This document shows, piece after piece, positions 40,918-54,085 of a stretch of DNA of 64,000 nt. How positions within the stretch are numbered: the stretch's first letter is position 1; each line of letters starts with the position of its first letter. Below the pieces are notes generated by a model that did no database searches, was not told the origin of the DNA, and saw nothing but the letters and a program-made list of their open reading frames with translations. The stretch is from Lytechinus pictus (taxonomy: Eukaryota), in the NCBI RefSeq assembly GCF_037042905.1, contig NC_087251.1, positions 6,822,001-6,886,000 of the forward strand, in the 5' to 3' direction. Both the position numbers and the translations under genes were made by a program.

Positions 40918-42093
40918 GAATAAAGTGTCAAAAAGCGTTTATCAATAAAATGTTTAGTACGTTTTTGTCAATTATTTCTTATATTTAAAACTGACATGAG
41001 ATAATTTTTCATGTGTCGAATATAAATTTGCTTCTTTTTAATACCCATGTAATTGAGTGCATATCACTGTCAAGGATTTTCATTAAACGAGTCATGGAGT
41101 TTAACTCTTTTCTATGTGAATGATGAAACACTTCATTGGTTGCACAAAATCCTGATCGCTTGCTACCAAGCAACAACAAGAGTTGACTGTACTTTTTATT
41201 CCTTAGAGCTATCAGATTTACCTGAAAGTGGAGTGTTGGAAATATAGACAAGAAATAACATTAGACCATATGACTGATATTGGATTGATGTTGATGTATT
41301 TCATTGAGGTTATGTTATTTACATATAGAGTGTTGATGGTTTTGATGGGTTTTTCTGAAATTACTTTTGAAAACTGTATGTCGTATTGAAAAGAAATGAG
41401 AGTCACATCATTGGCTGCATGTACTGAGATTTGAAAGTTTGTGATACTTTCTCATGTACATTAATTGCAACAAAGAAATAGAATGTTGCATTGCTGTTAG
41501 GTAAAGTGTTGGAGAATCCCCCCCCCCCCCTTCAGAGAGGGAGAGAGGAGAGAAAATTAGATTGAGGAAGTGTCGTGCATTGTTATATCAAATGCATAAA
41601 AAGTTTAATCCATCATGCTTATCCTAGCTTAGCATCACATTTTGTGTGTTATTAGAACTGTGACATTCAAGGGCATAAAAACCTCAATCTTGTTTGTACG
41701 TGTTCTGAGTTAATTTTGATTAAGTCAGTTTATAATATCTTTTTACATTTTCTATAATCCTGGCTTAATCCACTTTGATCCGTGTAGAATCAATTGTATT
41801 CCAATCTTGTTTGGTCTGCAACATGTTAGAAATACATATTTTTTTAATGTTCATTTTGTCAGTGGAAGAAAAATGTAAACTGGAAAATTGATAATCATCT
41901 GATTGTATCATATTCATAATAATCAGAATCAGTTGATTATTCTTTGGTTAATTTTTTATTTCATTCAGGAATCTACCCGTGTGTTTTAATACGTTGTGTT
42001 GGATTTTAATTTCATTTAATTTTCTGATAATCTTATGGTGCATTGAGCAGTGACATTTTCATTTATTTATATTTTTTTTTTAATTTTTGCTAG

Positions 42094-42161
42094 GTATCAT
42101 GACTTACTCTGAGCGGAGGCAAAAAGTTGTGGATATGATCTCATCATGTACTCAGAAGTAA
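42094..42161 (+). CDS. Candidate terminal coding exon of the same unidentified gene ((G)IMTYSERRQKVVDMISSCTQK*)
   Basis: Strong acceptor TTTTTTTTTTAATTTTTGCTAG. The frame is protein-like, starts in phase 1 (compatible with the 2795-2838 exon) and ends in TAA at 42159-42161. Confidence 0.5.
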
Positions 42162-45100
42162 ATTACAACACATCATCTCAGCTCTGAACAATTTCTTAAA
42201 ATTTGGGTTAAAGGCGGAGAGGAAAAGAGTGAGTAAAGGGTAAGAGTGAAAGAAGGTAGGAAGGAAGCAAACTAACTCACCCTATGACCCAATTGTTTGC
42301 ATTGCTTACACTGGTAACAATGAATTGAATACTTAATGGGTTTCATAGTTACTCCATTTTCACCCCTTCTTACTAGTTGTCCTGTGTTGGGTGTCTGGCC
42401 TTCTTATGGTTTAGCACACCCCTCTATTGTTCGGGCTGAGAAATTGGGGTCCTATTTAGGTAAATTTGCACTGGGATATGTTCTTTCTGATGCTGCTGAG
42501 GAAGAAAGAGGGGGAAGGAGAGAAGAGGAAGAGGGCATTCTATCTCTCCTATGCTTTATATGACAATAAAAGTGGATGCTTGGTCAATGAGGTGATTCAA
42601 GTAATACCAATGATGGAAGGATAGGGAAAAGGAGACATCTTTAAAGAGACGTATGATAGAATGGGTGAGAAAAGAATAGGAATCAATCCAAAGGGGGAGC
42701 ACTTATAATAAACCACATGTTAGACAAGGGTATACCTATAAACACTATACATCATACTCATTGTTTGATGTAAGTGGTGTATTATACTTCATTTGTCACC
42801 GTTTTCCATTATCTTCTGTCACCATTTTCAATCAGTGTATTGTGTGTCATATCTCAACATGTGAATCATGAAGGTTAAGTCTTTTGTAATGAAAATAAAT
42901 TGATTTTTGTCTACCTTATTTTAAACATCCAGGTAATTGAAGATAAGAAAGTTATCAATCACAGTGTTGGGCTTCACTTGTTAAGAATTTCCTCTTTATA
43001 AAGTTTTACATTTTCACTCTCCTTTATTTCATTATTGTCAGCTTTTTCATTTTTATCATTGTCTAATTTTCAAAGTTTCAGAAAGATTTTTTGAAAATTA
43101 TGCAGAATTAAAAGAAATATATAATTCAAACTTGACTAATGAAAATACATCTTGAAGAAGACAGGTATCTAAAATAATAAAAGGATTCAATAACATTCTT
43201 CTGAGTCGGCTTTCTGTCCCATTCCAGCTAGAGCAAGATGGTGCAAAGATGTGATATGTGTATCGGTTGATATCAAAGGGAAGAGTGGTGTATGTGAGGG
43301 GCAAATAAGATGAGGATATAACACTGGGATGTTGACACTGATTTGCTTGATTTGTTTTATCTGTCGCCCTCGATGTTGACCAATCAATTAGCACCTCCTC
43401 TCATGATTTCAGCTTGACATGATTTTTGCCTGCTTGATATCAAATTGAGTCGACTCTGCTTTTCTTCATTTTTCAAAAAATATTTCTTCAAATTATTAAG
43501 TTATACCAATTGCTCTACATCTTATCTACCCTATATTCTCTCTCTCTTCTCTATTTCCATCCATCTTCCAAAATTTGCATTTACCCTTGACACTTGAAAA
43601 CTGGAATCATCAAGGGTATCATCTTTCTCAGGCAATCCATGGTAACACTAACACCACCACTGATGAAGTCCTACCAACACCGTCATGTTTTGAAACCACA
43701 CCAACATAAGTTATTTGATATTCATTCTTATACAAGAAAATCATATTCACAGCTTACATCATGATACTCTACATCTTTTGGGAAACACTTTTACAGTCAT
43801 TACAAATTTCATCTTCTGACAATCATAACCATGGGTGTACTTTAGACAATTCCATGTTCCAACCATTTGCTTGCCATCAATACCTCATCTCTCATCCACT
43901 ACAGTATAAGATGCTTATCAATCATCATCGTCTCTCAGCTTACATCCTCATTCACCATCTTAATGGATGTTTCAAGGAACCTATCGATAGCCTATTGCAG
44001 ATATCAATCACACATTGACAGTTGATCAATCAACTGTTTCATTTTTGGGAATTGATTACAAGACTTTGATTGCTTTTTTGGTCTCAAATTTAGGTGATAT
44101 TGATTGCATGATCTTGCAATACCCCTAAAAGGATGAGGTGGTCCATCTAAATAAAGTAGCACTGAATCGTACTTTCACGTAAGAAGCTGACAATGGTAAT
44201 TCAATGGCATCCGTATGGCCTGTCCCTTGTAAAAAAAAATTAGTTAGCATTTGTTAAAATAAGTATAAATGATTGTTGATAGAAGAACACAAATCTGATG
44301 AATCAAGAATATGGCATTGTTGGCATTATAATATGGATGTACTACAAGTACTATACTGTTAATTTTCTTTTAGAAGGTATAACTGCACCTCTTATCCCAT
44401 CTTCATATACATGATCCTAGTTGATTTATGAATATAGAAACTTCATTTCATATATAAATATAATATGTGAATTCATCGGCACCACACCTTGGTAGAGTAA
44501 AGTATATTTGTCACAGTCTTTACTGCAATCAGCATGACTAGAGCCAACAAAGAAACATTTAAAGCACCTAAAATGAATTGTTCTTGATAAAAGGATGAGC
44601 ATCTCCACACCCATGCTCCACCCTGAATATCAATTAGAACACCACCTAATGTTATGTGAATGGGTTTTGTTTGATCAGTCTGGATCATGCAGCCAGCAAA
44701 CCACTGTTGATTCTAAAGATCTACAAATCCTTCCTCTAAAAGACAGAAGGTATATAGTGTGAACGGGAGAGTATGGGGTGAAACCATGAGGAAATACATT
44801 CACCTTGAGACCCATGTGTAAATCTGTTATATACACATGATAATCAATACTTGAAATTGCGCATCCATTAAAGGATAGGTTAGGTAGTAGTATCAACACA
44901 TCAATCTTCAAGGTCACATCATGGATGGCGCCACCCCTTTCTGTATCCAAAGCTCTTCAAGTCATCTGTATAGTTATCAAACCATATGGGGTTTCACCAA
45001 TTATGAGAATTTATCATATTCGTGTTATCATTATCATTAATAAGGTTCCTTAATTATATATTTTCTTAACCCGGCCTACCCTCTCATCTCTCCCTCTTCC

Positions 45101-47647
45101 CCTCTCTTCTACCCCTCCCCCTCTCTCACTCTCCCTCTCACTCTTTTTGCCTCTTCCATCCCATTTGTTCTTTTGAAATGTCTCTGTTTAAGGTTTAACT
45201 TCTGCAACTCTTGTTCAAACCCAATGAATAAGGACTGACAAGCTGGAATATATCTCAGAGCCTTTGTAACTATGTCAACACATTGAACACACAAATATAT
45301 GTATATTATGCTCTTCATAGGTATCAGAATGAGCATATCAGTTGCAAACAGAGCAGATAAGAGTTGGGCGGAGAAAAGAAGAACAAGCTAAATCCATCCA
45401 AAGAGTAGGTCCAGTAAGCAGCTTTAAGGAGGGGTTTGACCAGATCCCCCTAAAGGCATGCATGAATAAAGATACACAATTGTACATCCTATTTATCTAT
45501 TCTTTATTGTCAAAATCTTCAAGATGAGAAGGTTTGTTTTCCTTCAAAGTCAAAGAATAATTTTATTACTTGAACTCTAGATGCACTCTCATCAAACAAA
45601 GGCTAGTCTTGGAAGATATTATTTAGAGACTGAATGTCAATTTCCAAATTCTTTTTCTTTACTTCTTACTTGCTTGACTACTTTTTGCACTTATGTCAAT
45701 TGATATACAGCATTCGTTGATATTAAATTAATAATATTATCATGAAAAAGTAATAGGTTCACTTTTATTGACAATCTTCATTGTATGCTATGTTTGTGGT
45801 ATTTTCCATGATGTCAAATACAACTATAGCTCCATGACCCCTTAGAGATGATCAGCGTGATCAATATAGAGTGCAGTTGGTCAGGAAACAATGTATTATG
45901 TACCCTGGTTGATGAACAATTCTATCTTTAGATATCTCCCAATGGATTAAGGTGCTAAGCAAAATATGATAAGATACAGAACTTAAACTATTTGACAAGT
46001 AAACAAGTCAGAGACATTCAATAAGAATGATATAGTGTTTGTGTTATCTTGTGTGTAGCAATAGATAAGAAGAAAATATTAAGGCTAGGGGTGGGTGGAT
46101 TGTGCAAGAATATTAAGTAGGATAAGGGTAGAAAAATAAGGGATTAAGTCTGACTTTGATTAGTCATTGTAGATTATTGTCATTTGTTTTAAGAGAATGT
46201 GTTGAATAAGTATGATATAAAGGTTTTGGTATGATAATACAAATCATCTGTGAAACCTTCCCTTGTCAAATTACTGTGTAATGGAAGACCTACCTTCAAA
46301 AGGGAGGTACAAATTGTTGAATATAAAAAAAAAAGGTAGCTGAAGTTAAATGTTCATAAAAGAAGACCATTGTCCATTCCTGATGAATCTTCACAATAAG
46401 CCTAGATCCTCTTTTCATCCTGTGTGGTATTGCTTCTGTCATTATCCTACACTTGAAGGATTAGATGGCGATGAGGAAGAGTCTTTTCACTCATCTCCAA
46501 TCCTGATCAATCTCTAGTCCATACTCGGTTTATATACCCTCTACCTCCCTTTCTTGGATTATATAGGCCTATAGATCAACTACAAAATAAATTCTGGCAG
46601 TTTTCAAAGTGCAAATTGTCTGAGGGCTTCTACCTTGTCTGTGTACTATTGTTCCTTTTATGTATGGTTAAGCCTCTATTGAGCTCTTTCTATTTTTTAT
46701 TTTCTTATACCTTCTTAAAGGAGTATTATTCAGGCTCAATCTTAGCTTGTCAATGAATGCAAATTTTTCTCTTTATATACCACTACCAGTCAACCATATC
46801 ACTTCCAGAGACATTCACAATATATTTCTTTCTGCAAAACTGGTTTGAAAAAAGATATTGAGAAAAAAAAGGAGCTCACACGTGGACATGAAATGGGACA
46901 TTCATAAAGAAAATCATTTACTATTTGTTAGTAAATTATACTTTTGTTACTTTCTTTGTAGCCAGGGGAAAAATAACAAGTTCTGTTAAGGGTTCTGTTC
47001 AAGCCAAGTTAATTTTTTTGGTACCAAAAAGCATGCAATTTTAGAGGCTCTTTTCAAACATTTTTTTTCTTCATATTCTGGGTTATGCCCTTTATTCTTC
47101 CTTTTCTGGTCTCATGCTTTCCTTTTCATCTATGATTTCATTTTGCAGTACAATGCAGAATACATAAAAAGAATATTCTATCGCTATTAATCATGTCATG
47201 TTACTTATTTACCATCGTTCGAAAGATGTATCTCAGCTCCTACTTATTTTTTCTTCTTTTATTTCCAATACACCCCCAATTCGTGTATATTATTGACAAT
47301 AATAATATCCAGGTTTTGTTCTCTTCTGTTCTGTATTTGTTGACCATGTTAGAAGCTTTGTAGCCTTTATACCTCTAGTAAGTCTTCAATGGAATTGTGT
47401 GTTAAAATCCTATTCAAGAGAAGAGAAAGGAATCAATGAAAAGAGGTTTATAAGAATAAGAACATAGAAGGAATAGACAAAGATTCAAAAGATGCTGTCA
47501 AATGTAGATTGATTAATCTTGATGATAGTCAACTGGTGTTTGGTCATTTCTCTAGGCCATCTTAATTTTTAATCTTCCCCTTATTCTCTCTCCTATTCTC
47601 CTCCCTTTCTCTATCTCCCTCTCTCTCTCTCCCTCATTTTCCCTGAG

Positions 47648-47650
<3 letters not shown>

Positions 47651-47678
<28 letters not shown>
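47651..47678. repeat. (TA)n microsatellite
   Basis: 14 TA units. The array resumes at 49771 after the inserted element. Confidence 0.95.
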
Positions 47679-47682
<4 letters not shown>

Positions 47683-49770
47683 ACAAAAAAAGTAAGTCTC
47701 CCCTAAATCAAATTGCTGTAACTTTTGAACGGAATTATTTTGAGATATGATATTCCGTAGGTGGTTTTCTACACTCATTAAGCAACTCCTGGGGAAAAAT
47801 AAGATTGATCGGTTGAGTCATGCATGAGTAATTAAAGATTGAATTAAAAATGACCATTTTTGAAAGTCACAAGAGTCGTTTTTCAGATTGTGCAAATACA
47901 AAGTTGGGCAAATGTTGTCTTTAGGTGAATTTTATGGTATTATGCTGTTTTACTATCCATCATTTAGCCACTCCACACACAATTTTGATATCAATGTTCA
48001 TGGTTGAGTGAGCACAATGTATTGCAGGGGCCGCGGAAGCGGGGGGGGGGGGGGCTGGGCGGGGAGCTTCAGTCCCCCCCCCCCCCCACATTTTTCCAAA
48101 AGCATGTAAAAAATGTAAAAATAACCATACGATTGTGATTTTTTGCATGGTCAGCCCCCCCCCCCCCCCCACTTTGAAAACCCTTCCCCGGCCCCTGTAT
48201 TGTGACGTATCATCATAGGGGTTTATGGTAGTATCCTCTGCAACTTGTTAGATCATGTTAGAATTTGAAAATGTTGGTGGCTCCCCCGATTATAGGCCCC
48301 TCCCCCATTTTAAAATTCTGGACCCACCACTGATTTGTCCATAAATTAAACTGATCATGAGAAATTGTTAGGAAAAGAATACATTTATGCAGTATAAAGA
48401 GTATTCATTCCTAAGTTTTCGAATGTGGTCGCTCAACCATGAAAATGTTTAAAGTTCGGAGAGTGTGTGGTGATAGAAATGATGGATGATAAAAACAATA
48501 GCAATTAAAGTCTTATTTGAAACCGAATTTGCCCCCAATATTCACTTTATTACCCTTTAAAATGAGTCTGTGACATTGAAAATACCAATTTTCCCACTTT
48601 GATGCGTGCTCACTCATCCATAAATACACAAATCGATTTCATTTTTGCACAGAATTCTGCCCATAGGTTGATAAACATTACTGCCAAATGACATTGCTAA
48701 AGACAGCCGTGAAAAAAAGTTCCACCATATTGAATAAGGGGTTACTTATTCTTAAACATGTGCACCCATAATGTACACAAGTCTATGAGAGACGAAGTCA
48801 ACATTTTAACAAATATGAAATGAGGGTTTGTTTCATGGACGGTTTTTGTTACTTCTGCCAATAGTTATTTCATGAAACTTCGTACATGGCTTCAGAGTAA
48901 CACTATCCAAAAGGCGCGCACACCAAAATAACCATTCGATACTACACAGAGTGGGGCCAAGGCCTTGAACTTTCTTCTCATTTGCATAATTTTCGAATAT
49001 TGTGTGCTCAATGATGCATTAAACATCGGGATTTTCATAAAAATCAAATCAAATGAACTATGCAAGGAGGTTTGTGACAGATATCCATAGTAACAAATTG
49101 CATTTTTTCCAATAACGTAAAAAAGAGCTAATCGCATTCCACATGTTCATTCAAGCGTGGATATTTAATTAAACTCCTTTGAATCATTGAAGCATTTTAA
49201 TTGGTCATGAACATAACGAAAAAGTTGAGAAAAGATAATTTTCAGTTCCCAAAATGAACCAATACTTGCCAATTATATTTGAAAATCATATTTTTTGTTT
49301 TCAATAAATGTTCATTGAACCGTGAAACGATGAATATTGTTGAAGAAACTCTTCCAAAAATAACTGTCATCATATTCTATCATTTTTATTGATATAAATG
49401 TGTAAAAAATCCAATTATAGCAAATTTGGACTTGTGTTTATTCAACCGTGAAATTTAGCCAAAAAAGTTGTATCGTCTTTTAGAGAGTACCTTTTACAAG
49501 CCTTCTGACTATTTTTTATGATGAGAATGTGGAATTAGTTCCAATAAAATGGAATCAAAGTCATGATATTTGGCTTGTGACTTTTGAAAAGTGACATTTT
49601 TGCCTTCTGACGGTGCTCACTGAAGCATGAAGTGAAATACGTCCATAACGTTTACTCAGAGGGTAGCTTATAAAATTACCTACAGGCTCATGTAAAAATA
49701 TATTAAAAACTCGCATTGGTTCGGAAATTATTGATGTTTGTTTAAGGGGGGACTTACTTTTTTTGTTGTG
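47679..49770. mobile_element. 2.1-kb non-autonomous DNA transposon inserted in a (TA)n microsatellite
   Basis: TIR CACAACAAAAAAAGTAAGTCTCCCCTAAA / TTTAAGGGGGGACTTACTTTTTTTGTTGTG, with (TA)n on both sides. No transposase ORF. Contains a nested family D element. Confidence 0.85.
48025..48197. mobile_element. GC-rich MITE with 5-bp TSD, family D, copy 2 (nested)
   Basis: CAGGGGCCGCGGAAG ... CTTCCCCGGCCCCTG, TSD TATTG (48020-48024 / 48198-48202). Homologous to 23345-23527. Confidence 0.9.
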
Positions 49771-52019
49771 TATATATATATATATACACACACACACAAA
49801 AGATAATATTCATAATATTAAATACACATGCACTGTAAGCAATTTCGTTACACCAAGTATATTGGTGTCCCATAGGCATAATTCAAATTATAACTCAGCA
49901 TGATTTGACTTTGACTGATTGATGCGATGCCTGAATATTTTCCGTCATCTGTATCATTACTTATCTTACAAATGTTTCCCTTTTGAGATAACATCTAAAA
50001 TGATATATTATTGTGTAAAAGCTATTTCATGTCTGAGTTACCCTCTAGCACTTCCTTACAAATTGAAATAAAAATATACATTTCAATCTTGCATTATTCT
50101 TCAGAGAAAAACAAGTTTAAATCGTTTGAACCCTTTTCGTAACTACATATCAATTTACTGGTGTATGATTTGAATGGAACTCAATTGAAATGGCCATGTA
50201 GACATGCTTGCCTTGTTATTTGCTATTTATCTTGTCAGTTTTTATTGGGTTCAGGTAATGGCCACCAATGAATGAAGAAAAATCGATAAAATAATATGGT
50301 TATTTCTCATTTCATTTTTATTTTTATTCTGCATCAGATTGATGTTTTTTTAGTTCTTTATATCCCATCCAAAATAACAAAACAATCAAGCAAGTTTGGA
50401 AATATCTCATCCAAACTGCAAGGTGTTTTTTTTCGTGTGAGGAAAGTCAGATTATTAATCATCTATCCAAATTTTAGTATTTACTTCTCAAAAATATATT
50501 TTTCACTTTTAACATGATCGTCTTTAGTCTCTCACTCTTTCAATCTTGCCCCCTCCTTTTTTTTTTACCCCCCCTCTCTTTCTTTTCTCTTTTGATCATC
50601 CAAACTCTTTGCTTCTTGTTTCTGTTTCGCTTCCTTTATCACGCACGAGCATTATTAAAACCAATTCAAAAGTTGGCTGGTAATATAGGCCAGACCATTG
50701 TCAACTCCCAGGTAACTTTAACTCATATGCCATACCCACTTCAAACAAATGTATCATAGCAATGTATGTTGATAGTACAATGCTAAAGCAAGGCATCATA
50801 TTTGGATACCAATCTTGAATGGGAAACACAGGCATCTGTATCATACAAAATGTGATAATACTCTATATTTGCGAAGAGGGTATGACTACTCTGGGCAAAC
50901 AATACTGGTCCTGAATGAATCCCATCTATCAATCTTTGTAATCTTCACTTCTTTTTCCCAATTGTTCTTTTCAAAGAGATTGCCTGTATCACTTCAAAAG
51001 AAGGCGTCCTCCCATATGAATGAAAGGCTCATCCCAGGCCTGAAAGGAAACAATGCCATGAGAATAATAGAGGGATCTCTCACACAAAACACAATGAGTG
51101 TATACCTTGTAAACATCAAGTACAGACATGCGGAGACAGAGATGCAATAAATCCAATTCAGTTTTATTTGATAGTCAATAAAAACGCTCTGTAGTCTTAA
51201 CAGAACAATGATACCAACATCAACCTTCAGAAGTCCTGTTAGGGAGGGGGAGAGAACATGCATGTAAAGTATATGCCATGTTCCTTATTTACTATTGTGC
51301 AAAAACTATTACTCACTGTCACTGGTTCAAACAAACTTAATCTCAAAGTATATTTATCAAAATGTGACAGGAAATATGGGATCAAGTTTCTTTGGAAAGG
51401 AGAGACAGATAGGATAATTTCAGATATTTTTTCTTTTCCTAGTTCCTAATTCAGAAGTTCATTTTTTGTTTTAACCATGAGCTCTATGTTTTATCTGGGT
51501 GGTCTACAAATGCATAAAACCTATAAATGGTGGGTGGCTATGGAAAAAGGAAAACCTCAAGCCTCCATAGTTTGATGTTGAAATACCAACAATGTGAACA
51601 ATGCCCCCATCCAGGTAGGGGGGGGGGGGCTATTGTCTACAATCACTAGAGAAATAAAGGAAAGATTGTTGTGTAACCTTGTGTGCTGGTTTGAATGATT
51701 GTAGAAGGAATGAGCTCATCACCAATATCTTGCCCGGAGAAATTTTATGATTTAACTGAATATCTGAGAGCATGGGAAGTGATTAAATCCTAATTTGAGC
51801 TCAAAATAAGTGTATTGAAGATCTTAATTCAATCGGTTTAAAAATCAAACTACACTCGAATAGCAACACCAAAATGAACAACCATCCTTGAAACTTTATG
51901 GTGGTGGACAATTTTACATATATGTAGATGATGAAGAACAAAAATTGAAATCATTACAGACTGATTATTTCATAATCCAAGTTTAGTTATTCTGATTGTG
52001 CCAAATGGGGAAAAAAATT

Positions 52020-52332
52020 ATAATAATAATAATAATAATAAACCGTTCTTGTATAGCGCATATCACAATTATGAATAATGTCTCTATGCGCTTCCAAAGG
52101 ACTTGGATATTATTACCCCAGCTGTAGCTTGGCAGCCGTAATTACTAAGAATACAGCGCACACGCATTTCAAGGAATAAATTCCTGCCAGGTACCCATTC
52201 ACCTCACCTGGGTTGAGTGCAGCACAGTGTGGATAAATTTCTTGCTGAAGGAAATTACGCCATGGCTGGGATTCGAACCCACGACCCTCTGTTTCAAAGT
52301 CCGGAGACTTATCCACTGGGCCACAACGCTCC
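52020..52332 (-). mobile_element. Full-length tRNA-derived SINE with L2-type 3' tail
   Basis: Minus strand: A box TGGCCCAGTGG, B box GGTTCGAATCC, central CTCAACCCAGGTGAGGTGAATGGGTACC block, 3' AAGCGCATAGAG...ATGCGCTATACAAG hairpin and (TTA)n tail. Confidence 0.9.
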
Positions 52333-53587
52333 ACATTATGGTATTATAAACTTGATAATTAAAATTTTGGTATATTACACTTAATATTTTTTGGTATTAT
52401 ATAATTCAATTCACTGTTGAAGCTTCACTGGTATTTACCTCATATCAAAAGCATATCAAAATTTTCTATATATTAGGAAGTACATACTAATGTTACTAGT
52501 AAAATTCCTCATTTGACTAGAAGTACATGTACATGTAACATCAATGCCATGACGCAGAAGTTTGCTCAGTTACACTAATATTTGAAAGCAATAACATACA
52601 GTGTATTACTCAATCTGAGCATCTGAATTGTTTTTTTATTTTTTATTTAAGATGATTTATGCAAACATGTGGTCCTCTTTATAAAGATATATAATTTCAA
52701 ATAATCTCTTAAATATATACAACAGAGCAAGAAACGTAACATATCAATTAAAATAAAAAAAAACAAATACATGTGTGAACAGTGTGACAGTGTTTCCTGA
52801 ATTAGGAATTCAGATTATTATTAACATCATATAGTTTCTCACCAGTTGCTACAGTTTGATTTTAAAAATTACAGTAATTGTTTGTATTGATGTTTGAGCA
52901 TATACATGTATGTGGTGCTCTGGTTCCCTGTAAAAAAAATAATTAATTTGAGTAATTTTATGTCAATGAAAACCATGGGAAAAAAGCTAGAATATTGATT
53001 ACATTTCTTTATGGAACAGGGCCGTAGACCATCAAAATCAGACTGTAAAGGCAACTTAAAATATAGAGTACATGTATGAGTAATTATTTCAGTAAAACTG
53101 ATGATATTAAAAAGAACATGGCATTCTTGCCGAAACATATATAGAGAAAGCCAAAACAATAAAAACTTAGACCATTTAATTCATGAAAACATGTAGTAAT
53201 AGTACTCTTTGTTGTGGTCTCACAAGTTTTTCAAAATCATACCAATGTTGAGACAGAACCAGATTTTCCCAGGTACTGATGAACAAGCAGCAGTCATTTA
53301 CAACAAAATGTTTTGGACTAACCACAGAGGCATACAGCAGGGGAAGCAAACAACTGTACTTTGCTACATTTCTGTTATTAAAACACAATTTTAGTGCTTT
53401 ACATATTGCAACATCAATAAAGAAAATCGGCCGCGTATCCATCTGCACAGCATGATGACAAATATATTAAATTAGCATCAAACATTCACATTAACAATTG
53501 CAGAATGAGTTACGGCTTTGGCATGTTCGTTTTTCTGTAATGAACAGTCTTGAATGTTCCATTGAAACAGGACACTCACAACAGGTC

Positions 53588-54085
53588 TCATGTTGGGATA
53601 CAACAGAGCTTTTTCCAGATCGTTCCTTTCTTTTTAGGTTTTGTGTCCTGTGCTCTCTTGGGTGGAGGTGGGATTTTTTCTTTTCGACTCAATCTCCGTC
53701 TCAGGCTTTTTGATGATTTAGGTGGTTTAGTGTACTCTAGTCCAGTTAATATTACAGCATCAAAAACTTCCTTGAGATTGTGCTGGGTAAGTGCAGAGCA
53801 TTCAATATAACCCACAGCATTGATACGACTTGCGCGCATAGATGCCTCCTCTTCACAGATGGGACGTTCCTGATGTTTTGAAAGGTCTATGAGAATGTTA
53901 ACATCTGTACGGAGATCACACTGTGTTCCAATCAGCAGGATAGGAGTCTTTGGGTTGTGACGTCTGAGCTCTGGTAGCCATTTCTCCAAGACGTTATGGA
54001 ATGAGGTGGGTGAGACAACGCTGAAGCACAGCAGGAAGACGTCTGTTTGAGGATAGCACAGGGGCCTCAGAGAATCAAAGTCATC
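53588..54085 (-). CDS. RHOU: RhoU/V coding exon 3 (DDFDSLRPLCYPQTDVFLLCFSVV...WKKLCCIPT*)
   Basis: Acceptor TTTTTGTCGTTTCAG, phase 0. Contains the switch II continuation, G4 (GTQCD), G5 (ECSA), a polybasic tail, a dicysteine terminus and stop TGA. Confidence 0.96.
   Translation of the reverse strand, partial: DDFDSLRPLCYPQTDVFLLCFSVVSPTSFHNVLEKWLPELRRHNPKTPILLIGTQCDLRTDVNILIDLSKHQERPICEEEASMRASRINAVGYIECSALTQHNLKEVFDAVILTGLEYTKPPKSSKSLRRRLSRKEKIPPPPKRAQDTKPKKKGTIWKKLCCIPT

Noticed and set aside
52255..52332. tRNA-like sequence
   Set aside because: It is the head of a SINE that continues into core and tail regions, not a free-standing tRNA gene.
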